DNA of 44,440 nucleotides from an uncultured Deferribacteres bacterium. Its GTDB lineage: Bacteria; Zhuqueibacterota; Zhuqueibacteria; Zhuqueibacterales; Geothermadaptataceae. Shown here in pieces: positions 1-6,920 of this stretch; position 1 is the stretch's first letter; every line of letters begins with the position of its first letter. A program made the translations under genes and the position numbers. The notes beneath the pieces are model-generated. The model saw only the letters and a list, made by a program, of their open reading frames with translations, had not been told where the DNA came from and did not search any database. The stretch is taken from NCBI GenBank assembly GCA_964014485.1, contig CAXHAT010000044.1:1-44440 (forward strand). The letters are read 5' to 3'.

Positions 1-46
1 TTCAAATGCGACGATTGACGTGCGGAATGTCGGACAAACCATTAAG

Positions 47-2215
47 TTAGGCGTTTTTTTCAGTACGCTTCTTCTTTTTCGCGCGCAGCGGGCATTTTTC
101 GGGGTCAAAATCGTCGGCGTCAATGCGTTCGAAAATTCCCTCAAGCGCGGCGACTTTGGTGCGGTAAATATTTCGGTGGCCTATCGTCCTGATAAACCCG
201 GTATGCGCCAGGATTTCGCTCACCTGCCGCTTCAAGTCAGAAAAAACCATCTGTACGCCGCTGTCTAAAAGCCTTCGATGGACGTTGCGTAACATCTCCA
301 CCCCGGAGGCGTCGATGGCGTTGACGCCGTCCGCAACCACGTGAATAAACTTGAGTTTAGGGCGATTAGCCACGACTTCAAGGATCGTATCTTCAAAATA
401 ACTCACGTCCGTGAATTCCAAGGAGCTGTCGAAGCGAAAAATGGCGATGTGTTCGCAGGTCGGCAAGTTGTAGCGCACTGCGTCGCGCAAAGTGCCGTCC
501 CGATGACGGCCAAGAATAACGGCGCGGGGCTTTGTCCATTCCGTCAGGTAAAAAACAACCGACAAGCCCGCCCCGACATAAATTCCGTACTGCAACTGCG
601 GCGCAAGCATGAGCGTGGCGAAAAAAGTGATTATCGCAATCATCGCGTCAAGCTTTTTGGCTTGCCAGGCGAGCAGGATTGGCTTGAAATTAATCAAACC
701 AATCACCGCGTTGATGATAACCACGGCGAGAACCGCCTGAGGCAAGTGATAAAAAATGCGTGTAAAAAAAAGCAGCGTGACCATAACGACAAGTCCGGTA
801 AAAACCGAGGACAAACCGGATTTCGCCCCCATGCTCAGGTTCAACGCCGAGCGTGAAAACGAACCGCCGACCGGGTAGCCGGAAAAAAGCCCGCCGACGA
901 TATTCCCCATGCCCGTGCCGATCAACTCCTGGTTGATGCTGAAGCGCTGGCGCGTCTTGGTTGCAATCGCTTTTGCGATAGAGACCGCTTCCATAAACCC
1001 GACCAGCACCAGTACAAGCGCGCTGGGAACCAACTGCAACATGACGCCCAAATCGAGCTTGGGGACACGCAATTCAGGCAGCCCGGCTTGAACGTGTCCG
1101 ACGACTGAACCGCCGCTAGAAATTGTCAGCTCGCCGCCGTTCGCAATTCCAATAAGATACCAGACGCCGCCTTCTTGATCCAAACTCTCCGGGATCTGAT
1201 CATCACGATAAAAAACGGCGACGTTGTCGCTCACGACTTGTCGAAATTGCTCTTGCCGCAAATCATAAAGCAGGTATTTGTTTTCATTTTCAGCTTTTTC
1301 AAGCGTGAAATTCAGGCGCTGAACGTGCTGTTGCTCTAATAGTTTTTCTTCGTCGACATCGATTGACCGCGCGGGCGCTTGCTCCGCCTGATCTTTAAAA
1401 TGCGTCAATAAGTGGCGTAAAGAATCGATCTGCGTTTGCCTTTCGGCGTATTCGACGATCCGCCGTTTAACCTCCGCGTCTCCAATATTTTCCAAAGCAA
1501 TCTCGCGGCGATTTTCGAACCCGATCAGCCAGCTAACAATGATGGTGATCGGCATGACCACGAGAACGCCGCGAAACTGCGGCCAGATCTTTTTGAGCGT
1601 TAAAATGGTCACAAGCGCGAAAACGCCGATGCACAATGTTGGAAAATGCGTGTTCTCCAAATGATGCAAGAGCTCCCAAATGTCTGACAAAAAATTCGCG
1701 CTTCGGATGCGTTGAATGCCGAGGAGTTTATCAAGCTGTGAAAGGCAAATCACAATCGCCGCAGCGTTTGTAAAACCGACGACGACCGGATGGGAAATGA
1801 AGTTCACCAGCATCCCCAAGTGGAATGTCCCCAAAGCCACACGAATAATCCCGGCGACGATCGCAATGAGCATTGCAAGCTCAAGATATTCCGGCGAACC
1901 CGGCGCTGCTAAAGGAATGAGCGCGCTTGCCGTCAGCAGCGAGGACATGGCGACCGGCCCGGTGCTCAGTTGGTTGGAAGAGCCCCACAATGCGGCGACG
2001 ATGACCGGCAAAAAAGCGGCGTACAAACCAACATAAGGCGGCAGCCCGGCCAAATTCGCATAAGCCATCGATTGCGGAATGATCACCAGCGCCACGGTCA
2101 CGCCGGCGATCAAATCCGCGCGGCAATTCTGCAAGCTCAGCGGAAACCAGCGCAGAAAAGGCAGGAAATCTTGAATCTTGACGGGTTCTTTTGCCTTGGG
2201 AGCTCCTTTAGGCAT
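47..2215 (-). CDS. sulP: SulP/SLC26-family anion transporter with C-terminal STAS domain
   Basis: DLIAGVTVALVIIPQSMAYA signature, GSFSRS motif, C-terminal STAS-like segment (IDASGVEML); about 135-aa hydrophilic insertion mid-protein. Confidence 0.93.
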   Translation of the reverse strand: MPKGAPKAKEPVKIQDFLPFLRWFPLSLQNCRADLIAGVTVALVIIPQSMAYANLAGLPPYVGLYAAFLPVIVAALWGSSNQLSTGPVAMSSLLTASALIPLAAPGSPEYLELAMLIAIVAGIIRVALGTFHLGMLVNFISHPVVVGFTNAAAIVICLSQLDKLLGIQRIRSANFLSDIWELLHHLENTHFPTLCIGVFALVTILTLKKIWPQFRGVLVVMPITIIVSWLIGFENRREIALENIGDAEVKRRIVEYAERQTQIDSLRHLLTHFKDQAEQAPARSIDVDEEKLLEQQHVQRLNFTLEKAENENKYLLYDLRQEQFRQVVSDNVAVFYRDDQIPESLDQEGGVWYLIGIANGGELTISSGGSVVGHVQAGLPELRVPKLDLGVMLQLVPSALVLVLVGFMEAVSIAKAIATKTRQRFSINQELIGTGMGNIVGGLFSGYPVGGSFSRSALNLSMGAKSGLSSVFTGLVVMVTLLFFTRIFYHLPQAVLAVVIINAVIGLINFKPILLAWQAKKLDAMIAIITFFATLMLAPQLQYGIYVGAGLSVVFYLTEWTKPRAVILGRHRDGTLRDAVRYNLPTCEHIAIFRFDSSLEFTDVSYFEDTILEVVANRPKLKFIHVVADGVNAIDASGVEMLRNVHRRLLDSGVQMVFSDLKRQVSEILAHTGFIRTIGHRNIYRTKVAALEGIFERIDADDFDPEKCPLRAKKKKRTEKNA

Positions 2216-2338
2216 TGTAGTTTACGTGGGTTAATTCGGTCTATTTTCAAGTGCAACTTATTCAAAAACAGGTAAAATTAATACAGCTTTCAACGCCAAA
2301 GTCAACAGCAAACTAAGAAAATCACAATTGGCGGATTT

Positions 2339-3691
2339 ATGCTGGAATCAAACGTTATCCCCAAAGAAGAACCGGACATTCGCGTTGGAATAGTTCTGCC
2401 GGAAGACCGGTTCCGCATTTTTCAATTCGAAGTCCCGAAAAGTTCAACCTACACGCTAGAAAATAGCGCGGGAAATAAAGTCGCGCGCTTCACCAACAAG
2501 AAAATCGAAATCCAACTGCGCGACAATCAGATTATCGCTTTGGTCGACAATCGCGAAATAGGAGCGGCTCGGACTTTTACTATTTTCCCGGACGGCGACG
2601 CCCCGATTGCGCCCAAGTCCGGACTGTTGTTGCGCAATGTTATCGCCGGACGCGTTTTTCATTGGAAAAAGGAAATCGACGTCTTCGTTCCGGGCGCTTT
2701 GACGATTCAAGCTCACGAAGGCGCTTTGATCGTAACAAATACGCTGCGATTTGAAGAATATGTGATGTGCGTTGCCACGTCTGAAATGTCGGCGGCCTGC
2801 CCGGAAGCGCTCATCCAGGCGCAAACCGTCGCAGCGCGCTCGTGGATGCTCGCAAACGTTGAGCAGAAACATCGCGCGCTGGGCATGGACGTTTGCAACG
2901 ACGACTGCTGCCAACGCTACCAAGGTTCAACGTTCCTCACGCAACACGCGATTGACGGCGTGCTGAAAACCCGGGGCGAAGTCCTCATTTTTGACGGCAA
3001 AATTTGCGACGCGCGCTATTCAAAAAGTTGCGGCGGCATGATGGAATCGTTCAACGCCGTTTGGGGCGGCGAGGATGCGCCTTACCTGCAAGTCAAGCCG
3101 GACATAGAACCTGCAAAAGCTGCAGCGGCAAGAACGGATTTATCCGATGAGCAAAATTTTCGCGCCTGGCTTGCAAATCCGCCGGAAGCGTTTTGCAGTC
3201 CGAAAGTCGTACCCGAAAACAACCTGATCAAATACCTGGGCGGCGTTGACGTCGACGGTGAATATTTTCGCTGGCGCTTGCAGATCACGGAACCAGAAGT
3301 TCGAGCTGCGGTCAATAAAAAAACCGGAATTCGAGCTCATAAAATCCTGAACCTTGACCCAATTGAAAGAGCTGGGTCTGGTCGTTTGACGCAATTGCGC
3401 ATCGTTTACAAAGACGAATCCGGCCTAACCAAAGAGCATTTTCTGCAAAGCGAGTACGCCATTCGCGATGCATTGCACAAAGGTTTTCTTTTCAGCTCGG
3501 CAATCGCAATTGATGAACTTCCGGCTTCACAAGACGAAGACGAAAAGCGCTTTAAAATTGAAGGCTGCGGCTGGGGACACGGCGTTGGGCTTTGTCAAAT
3601 CGGCGCTTTGGGCATGGCGTTGGAAGGGCGCGAAACCAAAGAAATATTGCTGCACTACTATCCCGGCGCTCAATTGAAAAAAATCTACTAA
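2339..3691 (+). CDS. SpoIID/LytB domain protein (lytic transglycosylase-like)
   Basis: EEYVMCVATSEM, AQTVAARS, CQRYQG, YSKSCGG, GWGHGVGLCQIGA and ILLHYYPG motifs typical of SpoIID/LytB. Confidence 0.9.
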   Translation: MLESNVIPKEEPDIRVGIVLPEDRFRIFQFEVPKSSTYTLENSAGNKVARFTNKKIEIQLRDNQIIALVDNREIGAARTFTIFPDGDAPIAPKSGLLLRNVIAGRVFHWKKEIDVFVPGALTIQAHEGALIVTNTLRFEEYVMCVATSEMSAACPEALIQAQTVAARSWMLANVEQKHRALGMDVCNDDCCQRYQGSTFLTQHAIDGVLKTRGEVLIFDGKICDARYSKSCGGMMESFNAVWGGEDAPYLQVKPDIEPAKAAAARTDLSDEQNFRAWLANPPEAFCSPKVVPENNLIKYLGGVDVDGEYFRWRLQITEPEVRAAVNKKTGIRAHKILNLDPIERAGSGRLTQLRIVYKDESGLTKEHFLQSEYAIRDALHKGFLFSSAIAIDELPASQDEDEKRFKIEGCGWGHGVGLCQIGALGMALEGRETKEILLHYYPGAQLKKIY

Positions 3692-3695
3692 CTGC

Positions 3696-3851
3696 CTGAC
3701 GTTACGCACCGCCCAAAATAGAATTCGGTGCATTTCCTTTTGCACAATTCGAGAGCTGCAGTTGACGCCGAATCCGTCCAAGTCTTGAAGCGTTTATTTC
3801 AGCCATTCCCGCGCAGGTGGGGGGGGGATCCAGCAACAGCGCGTAACTTTG
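3696..3851. mobile_element. Degenerate copy of the CTGATGTTACGC-TIR MITE family
   Basis: Left end CTGACGTTACGCACCGCC resembles the 40186 copy; right end GCGTAAC at 3841; contains a degenerate CATTCCCGCGCAGG..GGATCC palindrome; no clear target duplication. Confidence 0.5.
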
Positions 3852-3903
3852 AAGACAAGATTTATAATTTCATTGCACTCCGTTTTGGCTGAAAAAGTTT
3901 ACC

Positions 3904-3932
3904 TTGACAAACCAGTACTACAGCGCTATTTT
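3904..3932 (+). promoter_or_regulatory. Putative sigma70 promoter upstream of the integrase remnant
   Basis: TTGACA (3904-3909), 17 bp, TATTTT (3927-3932). Confidence 0.45.
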
Positions 3933-3978
3933 GAATGCACCAAATAAGAGAATTTGATTTTCCCGTTTGGGGGAGCGC

Positions 3979-4059
3979 ATGTCTGCCGTTCAATTTCAAA
4001 ATCCAACCCTGCTGAAACCTAAATTGCTCAATCAGGTACGAGCAAAGACAAAGCATTAG
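3979..4059 (+). pseudogene. intI: Integron integrase N-terminal remnant
   Basis: GGGGGAG RBS, then MSAVQFQNPTLLKPKLLNQVRAKTKH*, followed in frame by GEQA; resembles the IntI N-terminus consensus (P)KLLDQVRxxIRxKHYSxRTEQAY; lies upstream of an attI/attC array. Confidence 0.65.
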
Positions 4060-4072
4060 GGCGAACAAGCGG

Positions 4073-4246
4073 ATGGAGTTTATGGCTTATAGTCAGGAAG
4101 GGTATGGCGAAACAGAGATTGGTTTGCTGGTGCGTCGAGCAGGCGGCGTTTGGTACAAAAAAGAAAAATTGTGGCGCTTAGATATTGATACGGTAAAAGC
4201 GCTAGGCTTGGAAAATCGAATTGTCAAAAATCATGGTCGGATTTAA
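4073..4246 (+). pseudogene. C-terminal fragment (57 aa) of a small integron-associated hypothetical protein
   Basis: Not in the ORF track (under 60 aa). Translates as ..YGETEIGLLVRRAGGVWYKKEKLWRLDIDTVKALGLENRIV..; I recall this AGGxW..KLW..LGLE.RIV pattern from ORFs next to environmental intI genes (not searched). Confidence 0.55.
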
Positions 4247-4263
4247 CATAAGAAACAAATCAC

Positions 4264-4362
4264 CATGTTTCCAATAATAGAAACATCGCATGTTTCTATT
4301 ATTGGAAATTTTTACAATTTATTTCCAATACTGGAAACAATGTTTCTATTATTGGAAACATG
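4264..4362. repeat. Four quasi-palindromic TTTCYAWTAHTRGAAA repeats upstream of the attI-like site
   Basis: Units at 4264-4286, 4289-4309, 4321-4339 and 4340-4362; units 1 and 4 are exact 23-bp reverse complements. Confidence 0.9.
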
Positions 4363-4374
4363 AATGTCGCTGTC

Positions 4375-4401
4375 TTGGCGGCTTAATGATCTATGTTATG
4401 C
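4375..4401 (+). other. Putative attI recombination site (core GTTATGC)
   Basis: GTTATGC at 4395-4401 is the exact reverse complement of the inverse core GCATAAC (5189-5195) that closes cassette 1. Confidence 0.7.
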
Positions 4402-4655
4402 GTTTGAAAATCGAGCGTAAGGAGATAAATGACACACTCCTTTGAATACTTACAGGAATTGCTCAGTGAGACAAAGTGCTTTGTCATGACCAGGATTCGC
4501 TGATTTATCTCCAGTGCATGGTTTGATTCAAGGGAATCAGCGATCATAGGTGTGTCAAGTGAAGTATCGCTGTGCTTGATACAGGCCCCAAAGCTAGGAT
4601 AGCAACCAGGCTTCGAAGTGATCACACAATAATCGATACTCTATGGATAGACGCT

Positions 4656-5183
4656 ATGCAAGATGATCCAAATTACGAATTGGAGTTAGATGCCTACAAG
4701 ACACTAATTGATTGGCACAAATGGACTTATGATATTTACCAAAAAGAGTATAGATTGATTCTTAGCATTGAAGTAATTCTTCTTGGGGTTGTAGCAAGAG
4801 GGATATCATCTGAAAGTCTTTCAGGTTTCGCTAGCATAGCAGTATTGTATACCGGAATAGTATTCGGAATTTTTATTGCAGTGCTTTGGGCTGGTCGACA
4901 ACGCCGTCAGCTATACCTTTCAAAGGCAAAACTCGAAGAGTTGAAAGTGATTGAAGGAAGATTGCCCGATTCATTTCGCTATTTCCGAGAAATTTTTGAG
5001 AACTCAAAAGTGTATTTGAGTTCTCAAAAAAACGTGAAGATACCGTTGATAGGATCCAAAATGCGTATTTTGCCCAACCCCTACGCGAAACAATCTTTTA
5101 CTCACAATGTAATGATTCAGCAATTCTTCATTTTAGTTTGGCTTGTTCTCGGTGGGGTAATTACTGTAAGAATCAGTGCATAA
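4656..5183 (+). CDS. Integron cassette 1: hypothetical membrane protein (about 3 TM)
   Basis: AT-rich ORF ending 5 bp before attC1; three hydrophobic segments. ATG 4656 preferred over the GTG at 4572. Confidence 0.75.
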   Translation: MQDDPNYELELDAYKTLIDWHKWTYDIYQKEYRLILSIEVILLGVVARGISSESLSGFASIAVLYTGIVFGIFIAVLWAGRQRRQLYLSKAKLEELKVIEGRLPDSFRYFREIFENSKVYLSSQKNVKIPLIGSKMRILPNPYAKQSFTHNVMIQQFFILVWLVLGGVITVRISA

Positions 5184-5188
5184 GTTTC

Positions 5189-5322
5189 GCATAACAATCA
5201 CGTCAACCGGACCCCGAAAAGCTGGGCGTGCATTTCAAATTTTGGAGCATGATAAGCCGACAGGAATAAGTCAAAGTTGAGTGCTTCGGGTGTTTCGGGT
5301 CCAGTTACGCAGTCCGTTAGCC
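5189..5322 (+). other. attC site 1 (134 bp)
   Basis: R'' GCATAAC ... R' GTTAGCC; inner pairing CGTCAAC/GTTACG and GGACCCCGAAA/TTTCGGGTCC, each with one extrahelical base. Confidence 0.9.
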
Positions 5323-5483
5323 TCGTGTCGGCAGACGTTTAACAGAGGCGATCAACTATACAGTATGACACAACCACATTGTAGAAGTCGATCTCTCTTT
5401 CTTTGAAATCAGGATCAAGAATTTAGAGCACCCCCAATGGTCTCAAGCGTAAAGTCTAATCTCAATGCATCAGGGTAATTGAC

Positions 5484-6818
5484 ATGAGCCAATGGAAGAA
5501 TATCAATCTCAAGCTCCCAAAACTAAGCGATCTACAATTATTTGAGGCTTTCAAGAAGATATTCGACGCTTCAGAGTTTTCTTTTGTAAATGCAAACTTT
5601 CAGTTTGCTTCGGGCGGCCCTGCCGTCACTCAGTCTCCGGAAAACCTTGGTCAAAATGAAGAACTCGCCGAAATACTTAAACAAGACGCCGAACTCATTT
5701 CGATTTTCACATTTCAATTTGATCACGGATTAAATCTTACCGTACAAAGAGAAGAACAAGGTCACTACGATAGATTCATGTTGAACTTGAATTCGTTCAA
5801 TAGTGACCCGGCTCTAGGCGAGGACGAGCAGGTACGAATCAACATTCGTGCTCTGCTGGGGCTTAGTCAAACACACTTCAAGCTACTTCACACAAGGAAT
5901 TCATTAGCGGCATTAATCGGTGATGAAGCGAAAAGTCATTTCGAGGCAAGGGAGGCTGAGTTACTACGACTAGAAAAAATTAGTGAGAAAACCCTAAACT
6001 CGATCACGAGCCAAGCCGCAAAGCTTCGGTCGCAACTCGAGTCAGAGTTCAATAAACGTCAAAAAGTGCTTGAAAAAGAACATGAGGCAGCACGGCAATC
6101 ACTTGAAGACAAACACGAGACAAAAGACCAGGCACTCAATGAACGTGAAGAATTCCTGAATGCTAAGATAAAGGAAATTGACGATCGTGAAAGCAAACAT
6201 GTACGCCGAACTTTACGCGAAGATCTTAAGAAACAGTTAGAAAAGCGGAGCGAGCGATTTGAACTAACTAAAGGGACTGTCGGTTTGAGAAAGCCAATTT
6301 ACCGCTTCACGCTGGCTCTTTTGGCGTTTTTCGGGATTGGCCTTGCAGCATTCTCATATTTATCGTTTGAGCAGTTTTCCAAAGAGACGGCTGCATCGAC
6401 AACCGAAATCATCACCTTGTCTTTGAAACAACTAGCATTCGCATTGGGGTTTGGTAGCACAGCGATATTTTTCATTCGGTGGAATAATCAATGGTTTCGT
6501 CAACATGCTAGAGAGGAATTTCGCCTTAAACGTCTTGACTTAGACTTAGATCGTGCAAGCTGGGTCGTAGAGATGGCTCTAGAATGGAGTGATGAAAAAG
6601 GAACGGAAATTCCTAAGGAACTTGTTGAGCGGCTGACAGCTAACCTCTTCGTTGATGACGACATCAAAGAGGAAGCTCTTCATCCTGCAGATCAGTTGGC
6701 CTCCGCCCTGCTTGGCGCATCCGCCAACGCCAACTTGAAACTCCCTGGCGGCAATGAGCTCACATTTGACCGCAAGAGCATCAAGAAATTGAAACGCGAT
6801 GAGACTTCAAAAGAATGA
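5484..6818 (+). CDS. Integron cassette 2: hypothetical coiled-coil protein with 2 TM helices
   Basis: 444-aa ORF between GTTAGCC (5316) and its complement GGCTAAC (6821); long E/K/R-rich heptad region followed by two hydrophobic helices. Confidence 0.85.
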   Translation: MSQWKNINLKLPKLSDLQLFEAFKKIFDASEFSFVNANFQFASGGPAVTQSPENLGQNEELAEILKQDAELISIFTFQFDHGLNLTVQREEQGHYDRFMLNLNSFNSDPALGEDEQVRINIRALLGLSQTHFKLLHTRNSLAALIGDEAKSHFEAREAELLRLEKISEKTLNSITSQAAKLRSQLESEFNKRQKVLEKEHEAARQSLEDKHETKDQALNEREEFLNAKIKEIDDRESKHVRRTLREDLKKQLEKRSERFELTKGTVGLRKPIYRFTLALLAFFGIGLAAFSYLSFEQFSKETAASTTEIITLSLKQLAFALGFGSTAIFFIRWNNQWFRQHAREEFRLKRLDLDLDRASWVVEMALEWSDEKGTEIPKELVERLTANLFVDDDIKEEALHPADQLASALLGASANANLKLPGGNELTFDRKSIKKLKRDETSKE

Positions 6819-6820
6819 GC

Positions 6821-6920
6821 GGCTAACAGCTGCATTGTATTGACCCAAAACAGCTGTCGCTGTTTAGGGTCTGGCGCCTTCATCTAGCTGTTTTGGGCAA
6901 CACATGCGCGACCGTTATTC
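6821..6920 (+). other. attC site 2 (100 bp)
   Basis: R'' GGCTAAC; GCATTGT/ACATGC and TTGACCCAAAACAGCT/AGCTGTTTTGGGCAA pairings with extrahelical bases; R' GTTATTC at 6914-6920. Confidence 0.88.

Noticed and set aside
3900..3975. LexA/SOS box at the integrase promoter
   Set aside because: No CTGT-N8-ACAG or GAAC-N4-GTTC match seen; the lineage-specific box is unknown
4264..4362. Possible mini CRISPR array
   Set aside because: Units alternate in orientation, gaps are 0-11 bp with no spacer-length unique sequence, and no cas genes are present
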